Shown here: positions 18,317 through 27,185 of the stretch, one piece after another
Layout of the letters: every line of letters starts with the position of its first letter
Position numbering within the stretch: the first letter of the stretch is position 1
Assembly (NCBI GenBank): GCA_046484865.1
Contig: JAWOID010000129.1
Span: 1 to 31,557 of the forward strand
DNA: 31,557 bases
Origin: Candidatus Krumholzibacteriia bacterium
GTDB lineage: Bacteria > Krumholzibacteriota > Krumholzibacteriia > LZORAL124-64-63
Direction: 5' to 3'
Translations under genes and position numbers: made by a program
Notes under the pieces: model-generated
What the model saw: only the letters and a program-made list of their open reading frames with translations
Databases searched by the model: none
Told to the model about the DNA's origin: nothing

Positions 18317-21300
18317 TCAGCCGCGTTCGGCGAGGTCGACCGCGCCCCCGGCGGGGCGCCGCCGGCCGGATCTCCCCCGGGCGGTCCTCGCCAGCCGGTC
18401 CCAGATGTCCTCGCTCAGGGTAACCGTGGTGGGCAGCAGCACCGACGTGAGGAACGTGGAGACCGCCAACCCCCCCATCACCACCAGGGCCATGGAGTAA
18501 TAGTAGACCCCGCCCAGCGACGGCTTCTGCACCACGATGGGCACCAGGCCGATGAGCGTGGTGGCGGCGGTCATCAGGATCGGCCGCAGCCGTTCGCGCC
18601 CGCCGAGCAGCATGGCCGCCTCGCGCGGCATCCCGGCCCGGCGGTAGTTGTTGATGTGCTCGATCATGACGATGCCGTTGTTCACGACGATGCCGATGAG
18701 AAGCAGCAGGCCGATCGCCGCAGGCTGATCGAAGTCGGTGCCCGTGAAATAGAGGGTCCAGACGGCGCCGGCCAGGGCGAAGGGGAGCGCCACCATCAGC
18801 GCCAGCGCCTGCCGCACCGACTCGAAGAGTCCGGCCATCACCGCGAACACCAGCAGCAGGGCGAGCAGCAGGTTCACCAGGAACTCGCGCGACTTCTCCT
18901 TCTGCTGCTGCTGCCACTGTCCGAAGGTCCAGCCGTACCCGAAGGGGAACTCCATGTCGTCCAGCACCGCCGCCACCTGCGCCATGTAGACGTCGCGAGT
19001 GCCCTCGCTGTAGCGCGACCCCACCCAGAGGCTCGTCATGCGATCGTCGCGCATGATCTCCTGCGAACCCTCCTGCGCGCGGAACGTCGCCACCGAGCCC
19101 AGGGGGACCTTCTCCCCCGACCCCGTCCAGAGCGGCAGGTTGGCGAGCTGTTCCACGCTCTCCTCACGCCGCTCGTCGAGGGTGAGCCGCATCTCGCGCT
19201 CCCCCTGCGCGGTGCGGAAGCGCGGCAGCCGTCGTCCGCGGTACGTGAGCCCCACCGTCCGGGCGACCTGATCCGGCGTCAGGCCGTAGCGACTGGCGAG
19301 ATCCGCATCGAGCTCCACGTGCAGTTCCATGGCCGGATCGTCGTGGCGGGCGCTCACGTCCTCCAGCCCCTCGATGGTCTGGACCCGCTGCACCGCCGCC
19401 GCGGCAAGGCGCGCCAGCGTGCCGGAGTCGTCGCCGTAGAGCTGGAAGTGCACCCTCTTCCCGCCGCCGTGCCGCCAGCCACCCGACTGCTCTTCCACCT
19501 CGATCTGCACCCCGGCGACCTGGGGCACCAGTTCGCGCAGGCGCGACCGGACGCGGCCGATGTTCTCGTCGTCGGCCTCGCCCTCCTCGAGGTAGATGCG
19601 CGTGAAGCTGAAGCGATCGCTCCAGAAGCTGTAGACGGCACGCGCCAGCAGTTCCTCGCGGTGGCGATCGAGCACCTGCTCCACCTGCGAGACCACCGTC
19701 TGCTTCCGCTCCAGGCTCAGGTCCTCGCTGAAGCGATACCGGACCTGCACGAAGAGCTCGGGCTGGCTGGTGTCGAAGTTCAGGTCGATCTGCCGGAAGG
19801 GAAACACCGCCGAGACGATCGCCAGCAGTCCGATCGTGGGCGTGAGCCAGCGCCGGCGCAGATTGAACGACAGCAGCCGCACGTAGTGGCGCTCCAGCCA
19901 CTCCATCGCGCGGCCCCGGGACGACGCGCGCGCCCGCACGAAGCGCGCGGTCGCCAGCGGGATGAGCGTCTGGCTGATGAAGAGCGACGCGAGCAGCGTC
20001 AGGCAGACCGTGAGGCCCAGCTCCTTCAGGTAGATGTTCATCTCGGTGGGCTTGTTGAAGAAGATGAGCGGCAGGAAGACGATCACCGAGGTGAACGTGG
20101 CCGCCACCACCGCCACCGACACCTCGCGTGCGCCCTCGCGAGCGGCGGTCTTCCGGTCGGCACCCTGCTCCCGGTGGCGGAAGATGTTCTCCATCACCAC
20201 CACGGCATTGTCCACGAGCATGCCGATGCCGACGATCAACCCCAGCAGGGTGAGGGTATTCAGGCTTCGGCCCAGCGCCCAGATGACGCCGCAGGTCACC
20301 ACGAGGCTGAACGGGATGCAGGCCACCGCCACCACCGTGGTCGAGATCCGCTTGAGGAACAGGTAGAGCACCACCAGCGCCAGGAGCGTGCCGAAGACCC
20401 CGGTGAACATGAGGTCGCGCATCGTCTTCTCGATTTCCCGGCCCTGACTGAACCAGACCAGGAAGTTGACGCCCTCCAGCTCCGGATCGCCGCTCATGCC
20501 CTCGATGCGCTCCTCCACGGCCCGGCACACCTGCACCGTGTTCGCTCCCGATTCCTGGGCCACGGTGACGCCGATCGCGAAGTTGCCGTCGAGGTGGCGT
20601 CCGTACTCGAGGGGGGGCTCCTCGTAGACCACGTCGGCCACGTGGCCGAGTTTCAGCCCGTCCGCGCGCAGGGGTAGCTGCCGCACCTCGTCCACGTCGG
20701 TGAAGGCGCCCACCGTGCGGACGGTGAACGTCCGATCGCCCTCGCGGATCTTGCCCAGCGAAAGGTCCAGGTTGGCGGCCCGCACCCGCTCGGCCACGGT
20801 GCGCACGTCCACGGAGTGACGCTCGAGATCCTCCACGCGCAGGTTCACGCGCACCTCGCGGGGGTTCACCCCGTCCAGCCGCACCTGCGCCACCCCGGGC
20901 ACGCGCTCCAGCGGCTTGACGATCTTGCGCTCCAGCAGGTCGTAGCTCTCGCTGAGGTCGCGGCGGGAACTCAGCCGGCCCTCGATGATGGGCATCTCGG
21001 CATCGCGGCCGCCCCAGCTGGGGCTCACGGTGATGTCGCCGATGTCGTCGGGAAGGTCGGGGCGGGCCCGGTCCACGCGCTCCCAGATCTCGGTGCGCAC
21101 GACGTGCATGTCCTGGCCCCAGTCGAACTCGAGCCGGACGCGGCCGCCGTCCTGGCCGCAGCGCGACCACATGCTCTTGAGCCCCTTCACCGAACCGAGG
21201 GCGTCCTCCAGAGGACGCACGATCATGCGCTCCACCTGCTCGGGCGAGGCGTTCTCGTAGGGGACCGACACGAACATGTAGGGGCGCTCGACGTCCGGCA

Positions 21301-21409
21301 TGAACGCGAGCGGCAGCCTGAAGATCGCCACCGCGCCCAGCACGACGAGGCTGACGATGATCATCAGCGTGGTGACGGGCCGCTTGACGGCGAGTTCGGG
21401 CAGGGTCAC
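18317..21409 (-). CDS. RND efflux permease (AcrB/AcrD/AcrF family, SwrC-like), second subunit
   Basis: 1030 aa; KRPVTTLM start, TM4 GMLVDNAVVVMENI, AATFTSVIVFLP, MAGLFES, TM10 GIVVNNGIVMIE, RLRPILMTAATT, VMGGL..ST. GTG start with GGAG upstream and a TATGCT -10 at 21442-21447. Confidence 0.95.
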   Translation of the reverse strand: MTLPELAVKRPVTTLMIIVSLVVLGAVAIFRLPLAFMPDVERPYMFVSVPYENASPEQVERMIVRPLEDALGSVKGLKSMWSRCGQDGGRVRLEFDWGQDMHVVRTEIWERVDRARPDLPDDIGDITVSPSWGGRDAEMPIIEGRLSSRRDLSESYDLLERKIVKPLERVPGVAQVRLDGVNPREVRVNLRVEDLERHSVDVRTVAERVRAANLDLSLGKIREGDRTFTVRTVGAFTDVDEVRQLPLRADGLKLGHVADVVYEEPPLEYGRHLDGNFAIGVTVAQESGANTVQVCRAVEERIEGMSGDPELEGVNFLVWFSQGREIEKTMRDLMFTGVFGTLLALVVLYLFLKRISTTVVAVACIPFSLVVTCGVIWALGRSLNTLTLLGLIVGIGMLVDNAVVVMENIFRHREQGADRKTAAREGAREVSVAVVAATFTSVIVFLPLIFFNKPTEMNIYLKELGLTVCLTLLASLFISQTLIPLATARFVRARASSRGRAMEWLERHYVRLLSFNLRRRWLTPTIGLLAIVSAVFPFRQIDLNFDTSQPELFVQVRYRFSEDLSLERKQTVVSQVEQVLDRHREELLARAVYSFWSDRFSFTRIYLEEGEADDENIGRVRSRLRELVPQVAGVQIEVEEQSGGWRHGGGKRVHFQLYGDDSGTLARLAAAAVQRVQTIEGLEDVSARHDDPAMELHVELDADLASRYGLTPDQVARTVGLTYRGRRLPRFRTAQGEREMRLTLDERREESVEQLANLPLWTGSGEKVPLGSVATFRAQEGSQEIMRDDRMTSLWVGSRYSEGTRDVYMAQVAAVLDDMEFPFGYGWTFGQWQQQQKEKSREFLVNLLLALLLVFAVMAGLFESVRQALALMVALPFALAGAVWTLYFTGTDFDQPAAIGLLLLIGIVVNNGIVMIEHINNYRRAGMPREAAMLLGGRERLRPILMTAATTLIGLVPIVVQKPSLGGVYYYSMALVVMGGLAVSTFLTSVLLPTTVTLSEDIWDRLARTARGRSGRRRPAGGAVDLAERG

Positions 21410-21540
21410 GCGAGCTACTCCATGGGTCGGGCCGGAAATCTAGCATACGAGCAGACCGACTGCCATGTTCCTGGCTCCAGGGTCCCCGGCTGGCGGCCAG
21501 AGGCACGCCGGCCTAGGTTGGCGCGCGGAGGAGAACCGGC

Positions 21541-22203
21541 ATGTCCATCCTGGTCACCGACTTCGACGGCACGATGACGCGCGAGGACTTCTACTGGCTG
21601 GTCCTGCAGCGTCACGACCCGCCCGGCGGGCGGGAGCTGTGGCGCCGCTTCGAGCGGGGGGAGGTCACGCACTTCGAGGCGATGGCCGGCATATTCGCGG
21701 CCTTGCGTACGGACGAGGCCGGCATGGCATCGCTCCTCGACGGCCTCGATCCCGCGCCCGGACTGGGCGAGGCGGTGCGCGAGCTGCAGGGAGCCGGCTG
21801 GGAGATCATCGTGGCTTCGGCCGGGTGCGGCTGGTACATCGATCGGTTCCTGGAGCGGCAGCGCCTGCAACTCACGGTGCACGCGAGCCCCGGCACCTGG
21901 GAGCAGGAAGGCGGGCTCCTCATGGAGTTGCCCGTGAACTCGCCCTTCTTCCACCCGCAGATCGGCATCGACAAGCCAGCCGTCGTGCGCGCGGCGCGAC
22001 GGAGCGGCGCCACCGTGGCCTACGCCGGAGACAGTTCCACCGACCATGAGGCCTGCCTGCTGGTCTCGCCCGAGCGGCGCTTCGCCAGGCGCGGCCTCGC
22101 CCGCCGGCTCGCCACCGAGAAGGTGTCCTGCGTGGAGTTCGAGGACTGGCCGGAGATCGCGCAGCGACTGCTGGCGAGCGGCAGCGAGGAGGCGCGGCCA
22201 TGA
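21541..22203 (+). CDS. HAD-IB family phosphatase, MtnX-like
   Basis: Motif I TDFDGT, motif II VASAG, GIDK, motif IV YAGDSSTD, C-terminal F.DW.EI. GGAGGAG RBS; ATGA overlap with the next gene. Confidence 0.88.
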   Translation: MSILVTDFDGTMTREDFYWLVLQRHDPPGGRELWRRFERGEVTHFEAMAGIFAALRTDEAGMASLLDGLDPAPGLGEAVRELQGAGWEIIVASAGCGWYIDRFLERQRLQLTVHASPGTWEQEGGLLMELPVNSPFFHPQIGIDKPAVVRAARRSGATVAYAGDSSTDHEACLLVSPERRFARRGLARRLATEKVSCVEFEDWPEIAQRLLASGSEEARP

Positions 22204-23243
22204 TCCGCACCGTGGCCATCCCCTCGACGGTCCGCATAAAACCCGGCGCCCTGGCCCGCGCCGGCATCTACCTGGCCCGCGACGGCCTGCGCCAGGTGTC
22301 GCTGATGGTGAGCGAAGGACTGCCGGCGACGATCGGCGAGACGTTCCGCGCCGGGTGCGACGAGGCCGCGGTGGAGGTCGTCCAGGAGACCTGCGCGGTC
22401 AGCGCCGACTTCGACGAGGCCCGGCGCCTGCTGGCAGGGCTGCCGCCGCGATGCGAGGCGGTGGTGGGACTGGGAGGTGGACGCGCCCTCGACGTGGCCA
22501 AGTACGTGGCGCACCTGGCGAACCTGCCCTACTTCGCCGTGCCCACCTCGCTGTCCAACGACGCCTTCTGCAGCCCGCAGGCCAGCCTGGTGCTCGATGG
22601 CCGCAGGCGGTCGCTGCACGCGCGGCTGCCGCGGGCGGTGGTGGTGGACACCGACGTCTGTCTGCGAGCCCCCGACGTGCTCTGGTGGTCGGGCGTGGGT
22701 GACCTGGTGGCCAAGATCACCGCGGTGGCCGACTGGAAGCTGGCGTTCCACGCCGTCGGTACCGCGGTCGACGACCTCGCCGCCCTGCTCAGCGACGCGA
22801 CCGTCTACCAGTTCATCGCGCGGCCCGCGCGCGACACCGACGGCATGCGCCTGCTGGGAACCGCCCTGATGCTCAACGGGATCGCCATGGAGATCTCGGG
22901 TTCGTCGCGCCCGGCCAGCGGCAGCGAGCACCTCATCTCCCACGCCCTCGACCGGCTGGGCGGTCGCCCGCGCCCACACGGGATGCAGGTGGGCGTGGCC
23001 AGTTACCTGGTGGCCCTCCTGCAGGGCGAGGGCGCCGAGCGCATCGACCGCGTGTTCCAGGTCACCGGGTTCTGGGACGGGGCGGCCGCCGATCCGTTCG
23101 ACCGCGACGAGTGGCTGCGGGCCGTGGATCTCGCGCCGCAGCTCAAGGACCGCTTCTACACCGTGCTCAGTTCGCGGGACTGCCGCCCGGAGGTCGAGCG
23201 CCACCTGCGCGACGATCCCCGCCTGAGCCGCTGCATCGTCTGA
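22200..23243 (+). CDS. egsA: sn-glycerol-1-phosphate dehydrogenase family protein (EgsA/AraM-like, metal-dependent ADH/DHQS fold)
   Basis: GLGGGRALDVAKY (NAD-binding), VPTSLSNDAFCSP, GVGDLVAKITAVADW, SSRPASGSEHLISHALD, PHGMQVGVA. SRPASGSEH..SHALD and HG.QVG are the EgsA metal-binding signatures. Confidence 0.8.
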   Translation: MIRTVAIPSTVRIKPGALARAGIYLARDGLRQVSLMVSEGLPATIGETFRAGCDEAAVEVVQETCAVSADFDEARRLLAGLPPRCEAVVGLGGGRALDVAKYVAHLANLPYFAVPTSLSNDAFCSPQASLVLDGRRRSLHARLPRAVVVDTDVCLRAPDVLWWSGVGDLVAKITAVADWKLAFHAVGTAVDDLAALLSDATVYQFIARPARDTDGMRLLGTALMLNGIAMEISGSSRPASGSEHLISHALDRLGGRPRPHGMQVGVASYLVALLQGEGAERIDRVFQVTGFWDGAAADPFDRDEWLRAVDLAPQLKDRFYTVLSSRDCRPEVERHLRDDPRLSRCIV

Positions 23244-23408
23244 ACGCCGCGACACCCGTGATGGAGCGGGCAACATCCCCGTTCCGACGGACTGCGTCCG
23301 GACCCCGTCGCCTGCCTCCGGGCAGGACCCATGGCGGGTCACCGTCGTCACGCCTACGTGTGCCGTGTTCCACCGAAATCCGAGGTCCCCGTCCGGAGGG
23401 GCTACGAC

Positions 23409-23855
23409 ATGAGTTTCGCAGGGTTGGCGGTCTTCGACCGCACGTTGCAGAAGACCAATCAGTGGCTGGATGAGATCGGTCGTGAGATGGGTACCGGCGA
23501 CGAGCAGCGCCAGGAGAGCTATCTCGCCATGCGCGCCACGCTGCAGACGCTCCGGGATCGGCTGGTTCCGGAGGAAGCCGCCGACCTGGGCGCCCAGTTG
23601 CCCATGCTGGTGCGCGGCATCTATTACGAGGGTTGGCGCCCCGCGAAGACTCCGGACAAGAGCGTCAAGTCCCGTGAAGCGTTCCTGGAGAGCGTCTGGA
23701 GCAAGATGGAGCGGAATCCGCGCCTGAATCCCGAGGCGGCGGTGAAGGCCACGCTGGCGGTGCTCTCGCGGCGGGTTTCCGCCGGCGAGATCATGGACGT
23801 CAAGGGGATGCTGCCCGACGAATTCGCCGACTACTGGCCCCCGGACGGCGCCTAG
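23409..23855 (+). CDS. DUF2267 family protein
   Basis: MSFAGLAVFDRTLQKTNQWL...ATLQTLRDRL..EEAADLGAQLPMLVRGIYYEGWRP...VSAGEI.DV...LP. GGAGG RBS at 23395-23399, ATG 23409. Confidence 0.9.
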   Translation: MSFAGLAVFDRTLQKTNQWLDEIGREMGTGDEQRQESYLAMRATLQTLRDRLVPEEAADLGAQLPMLVRGIYYEGWRPAKTPDKSVKSREAFLESVWSKMERNPRLNPEAAVKATLAVLSRRVSAGEIMDVKGMLPDEFADYWPPDGA

Positions 23856-23930
23856 CCCTCCCGCCGCCGCTCCGCCTCGGGCGCCCCGGGGCCCGCCAGC
23901 CTCGGCTTCGGACTGCCTCGCTGATCAGAC

Positions 23931-24046
23931 GACGGCCCCGCCCTGATGGGAGCGGGGCCGTCCGGGCATGTCCGGCGCAGCTGGACCCTGCTCCAGCCAC
24001 ACCGGCGCCAGGAGTGTTTATACCTCGAATGCATGGTCGAACGCCA
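23931..24046 (-). ncRNA. Candidate small two-hairpin RNA with its own promoter (alternatively a terminator region between convergent genes)
   Basis: Minus strand: TGGCGT-N18-TATAAA (24046-24017), then a 14-bp hairpin (24005-23972, three G-U pairs) and an 11-13-bp hairpin (23962-23931). Confidence 0.4.
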
Positions 24047-24129
24047 GGTATTCCTGGGCACCGCCGGTGCCGCCGGCGCCCCGGCGCTGCGAGCACGCCG
24101 GGCATTCCCGGCCGCCGGGATGCCGGACC

Positions 24130-24726
24130 TCACCAGAGCAGGTCGGGCGAGACCCGCCGGGCGCCCGGCGCAGGCCGCAGCAGGTCGGGCCGGCGCTGGG
24201 CCAGCCACCAGAAGGCACAGATCACCAGCGAGTGGCGGATGGCGCCGCCGGCCACCAGACGCGGGATCTCGACCAGCGGCGTCACCGCCACCTCCAGGTC
24301 CTCGCTCTCGTCCTGGTCCAGCTCGCCGATCCGATGGCAGTTCTCGATGAGATAGGTGTGGGTGAGGTTCGCCATGAAGGCGGGGTTCGACTGCACGGTG
24401 CCGATGAGCAGGGGCGGATCGCCGGCATAGCCGGTCTCCTCGCGCACCTCGCGCGCCGCCGCCACCGACGGCTCCTCGTCCTGGTCCACCAGTCCGCCGG
24501 GGACCTCGAGCGTGAACTCCTTCACGCCGTGGCGCCACTGCCGCACCAGCACGATGTCGCCACCGGCGGTCAGGGGGATCATGTTGACCCAGGTGGGGGA
24601 CTCGACGTGGGCGAACGTCCGCTCGGCTCCGGTGCGCGGCGAGATGGCCGTCTCGCGCAGCAGCTTGAAGATGCGGGCATCGGCCACCTCCTCGCGACCG
24701 GTGTAGATCCACGACTGCAGGGTCAC
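24130..24726 (-). CDS. NUDIX hydrolase (ADP-ribose pyrophosphatase-like)
   Basis: Nudix box GGLVDQDEEPSVAAAREVREETGY, preceded by VLVRQWRHG...TLEVP and followed by NPA and LDQDESEDLEV. AAGGAG RBS, GTG start. Confidence 0.92.
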   Translation of the reverse strand: MTLQSWIYTGREEVADARIFKLLRETAISPRTGAERTFAHVESPTWVNMIPLTAGGDIVLVRQWRHGVKEFTLEVPGGLVDQDEEPSVAAAREVREETGYAGDPPLLIGTVQSNPAFMANLTHTYLIENCHRIGELDQDESEDLEVAVTPLVEIPRLVAGGAIRHSLVICAFWWLAQRRPDLLRPAPGARRVSPDLLW

Positions 24727-24826
24727 GCTTTCTCCTTCGGGCCGGCGGCGCCGCGCGCGGCCGGCGGCGTCAGGGGGCGATCGGCGGCGCGGCCCACCGC
24801 CCTGGCGCGGCCCGCCGCCCTCCTTG

Positions 24827-25492
24827 TCACCGCTTGCGCGCCAGCAGTAGTCCGTCCGCGATCGGCACCAGGCTCATGCTCACCCGCCGGTCGTCGCGCA
24901 GCTTCCGGTTGAGAGCATCGACAGCGGCGGCGCTGGACCCCTCGGCGGCGCCAGGGTCCACGACCCGTCCGCCGTCCAGGGCATTGTCGACCGCCACCAC
25001 GCCGCCCGACCGCAGCAGCACGAGGCAGCGCTCGTACTGGGCATCGTACTCCTGCTTGTCCGCATCGAGGAACGCGAAATCGAAGGCGCCGGCGGCACCG
25101 TCTTCGACGAGGGCGTCGAGGGTCGCGAGCGCGGGACCGAGGCGCAGGTCGATCCGGTCCGCCAGTCCTGCTTCGCGCCAGTGACGCCGTGCGATGGCGG
25201 TCCACTCCTCGCTCACGTCACAGCAGATCAGGCGTCCGTCCGCAGGCAGAGCCGAGGCGATCCAGAGCGCGCTGTAGCCGGTGAAGGTCCCTACCTCGAG
25301 GGCCCGCCGGGCACCGAGCATCTCCACCAGCAGCGCCATGAACTGGCCTTGCTCCGGGGCGATCTGCATGTCGGCCTCGCGCAGCCGCGCGGTCTCCTCG
25401 CGCAGGCGCCGCCACGGCGGCGGCTCGCGTCCTGCCGCTGCCTGGAGATAGCGCTGGAGATCGTCGCCCAGACCGAGCGTGCGCCGGGACAT
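24827..25492 (-). CDS. Class I SAM-dependent O-methyltransferase (caffeoyl-CoA/catechol OMT-like, Methyltransf_3)
   Basis: MQIAPEQGQFM, ALEVGTFTGYSAL, CDVSEEW, FDFAFLDADK, GGVVAVDN, PIADGLLLARKR. ATG 25492. Confidence 0.93.
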   Translation of the reverse strand: MSRRTLGLGDDLQRYLQAAAGREPPPWRRLREETARLREADMQIAPEQGQFMALLVEMLGARRALEVGTFTGYSALWIASALPADGRLICCDVSEEWTAIARRHWREAGLADRIDLRLGPALATLDALVEDGAAGAFDFAFLDADKQEYDAQYERCLVLLRSGGVVAVDNALDGGRVVDPGAAEGSSAAAVDALNRKLRDDRRVSMSLVPIADGLLLARKR

Positions 25493-25752
25493 CAGGACCC
25501 ATCCAACTTCAGAACCCCCGCGAAAGGAAGACGCCGTCCGGGGTCGCCGAAGACGGCCAGGGCCATGGTGCGCATGGCCATGGGGGCCTTCCGAGCCGGG
25601 GCCTCGGCGACGGTTCCGCCCCAAGCTAACGTCGGTGACGGCGGACTGCCGCCGCGGGGCGGCGGTTCGCCCCGGCCCCACCCGTGCGGGAAAGTGTATT
25701 CAGCGGTATCGTGGGATCGGTATCGAACACAAGCCAACGAGAGGTTCAGATC

Positions 25753-26310
25753 ATGTCCCTGCAAAAGACCAGACCGCGGTGCTTGTGGCTCGGTTTCGCC
25801 CTGGCGGCACTCGCGATCTCCGCCGTGGTTTCGCCGGCGGCGGCGCAGCGTCGCGGCGAGTGGCAGAACGAGTGGCTGCTCCAGCAGGAGGATCCCACGG
25901 GGGGCTGGGGGCCGCGGGTGGGACTCACGGCGAAGCCCGACCAGTTCCACTTCGGCGTCCACTACGACTTCACGGGTCCCGCGCGGCGCGTCATGCTGAT
26001 GCCGAGCGTGGAACTGGGTCTGGGCGACGACGCCACGCTCGTGACCATCAACCTCGATGCCGCGGCCCGGCTGCGCGATCCCAGGGAACGCCTGCGGCCA
26101 TTCGTCGGCGCGGGCGTCGTCCTCAGCTTCGTGTCCTGGGATGACGACGAAAACGTGATCGCGGACGATAGCGACACGCAAGCAGGCCTGCACATCTTCG
26201 GCGGCGCCGAGCGCCGCGTCAGCCGGAGCAACACGGTCTTCCTGGAACTGAGGCTGGGCATCGCCGATGCGCCGGACTTCAAGGCCACCGTGGGGATGAC
26301 GTTCTACTAG
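25753..26310 (+). CDS. Small outer-membrane beta-barrel protein (OmpA/OMP_b-brl-like, about 8 strands)
   Basis: GAGG RBS, ATG 25753. Signal peptide ending AAA-Q, alternating amphipathic strands (FHFGVHYDF, RPFVGAGV, GLHIFGGAE, VFLELRLG), C-terminal aromatic beta-signal VGMTFY. Confidence 0.8.
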   Translation: MSLQKTRPRCLWLGFALAALAISAVVSPAAAQRRGEWQNEWLLQQEDPTGGWGPRVGLTAKPDQFHFGVHYDFTGPARRVMLMPSVELGLGDDATLVTINLDAAARLRDPRERLRPFVGAGVVLSFVSWDDDENVIADDSDTQAGLHIFGGAERRVSRSNTVFLELRLGIADAPDFKATVGMTFY

Positions 26311-26429
26311 AAGCCCGCATCATCCATGAGCGGTCTGCAGCGGCGGAGAAGAGGTTACAATCTCCCAGGAATGTGGTATTGTTCCCGGTGGACGCGTCCG
26401 TTCACCCCATCCCTGCGAGGTCTCGACCC

Positions 26430-27134
26430 ATGAAGCTGGCATGCTCCTTCCTCACCGTCGCACTTCTGGCGGGCATGGTGGCGACTGCCACCGCTGGAGA
26501 TCAGCCGGATCCGCCGGAGTCCGCCCCGACTGCGCCTGCGGCCGTCGAACCGGCTCCCGAACCGGCGCCTGCGCCGTCCAGCGCCTGCAATCCCCAGGCG
26601 TGCGATCCGTTGAAGTGCAAGATCGGCGACCTCGAGCGAGCGGCCGCGGCGGCCCCCGAGGCTGCGCCGAGCAGCGCAGCGCCTGCGGCCGCAGCGCCCC
26701 CCGAGGCCGCGGCCACCCTCGCGGCGGCAGGAACCCCGACCGCGCCCGAGACAGCTGCCGCGGTGCCCTGTGACCCGGCCGCGTGCCCCCATCACGCGGA
26801 GGGCACGCCCGATCATTGCCCCGAGGCGGCGAAGGCGGCACCGCCGTGTCCGAGCCACGCGGAAAGAGCGAGCGCCGCCGGGCCGGACGGATGTGAGGAC
26901 CACATGAAGGCCTCCGCCACCTCGACCGGAGGATCCGCGGACAAGGCGAAGGCCTCGGCGGCGGGCGGCTGCACCGGTCACGCGAAGACCACGACCATGG
27001 CAGGGCCGGAGGGTTGCCCCGGTCACCAGAAGACCGCGTCCACGGCCGGGACCGAGGGTTGCTCCGGTCACGCCGAGGTGAAGCCGGCGGCGTGCTCCGG
27101 GCGTGGAACGGACGGGAGTGGAACGAAGGAGTGA
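26430..27134 (+). CDS. Secreted Ala/Pro-rich protein with repeated Cys-x-x-His motifs (hypothetical, possibly metal-binding)
   Basis: GAGG RBS, ATG 26430; extended -10 TGgTATTGT at 26374-26382; signal peptide MKLACSFLTVALLAGMVATATA. The mature part has 12 Cys, including CPHH, CPSH, CEDH, CTGH, CPGH and CSGH; GC codons recur exactly 45 nt apart at 26967, 27012 and 27057. Confidence 0.75.
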   Translation: MKLACSFLTVALLAGMVATATAGDQPDPPESAPTAPAAVEPAPEPAPAPSSACNPQACDPLKCKIGDLERAAAAAPEAAPSSAAPAAAAPPEAAATLAAAGTPTAPETAAAVPCDPAACPHHAEGTPDHCPEAAKAAPPCPSHAERASAAGPDGCEDHMKASATSTGGSADKAKASAAGGCTGHAKTTTMAGPEGCPGHQKTASTAGTEGCSGHAEVKPAACSGRGTDGSGTKE

Positions 27135-27185
27135 GCGGACGTCGAGCGCGCCCGGGGGGTCGAGCCACCCGGGCGCGCTCCCACC

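Noticed and set aside
21541..22203. Calling the HAD protein a true MtnX of methionine salvage
   Set aside because: Family resemblance only; no mtnW/mtnB/mtnD neighbours, and it is coupled to an EgsA-like gene instead.
24018..24218. 66-aa ORF with a CPAC motif downstream of NUDIX
   Set aside because: Overlaps the NUDIX 3' end out of frame, has no RBS or convincing start, and the region is better explained by promoter and hairpin structure.
26430..27134. Multiheme c-type cytochrome
   Set aside because: Motifs are CxxH or CxxxxC, not CxxCH, so covalent heme attachment by the standard route is unsupported.
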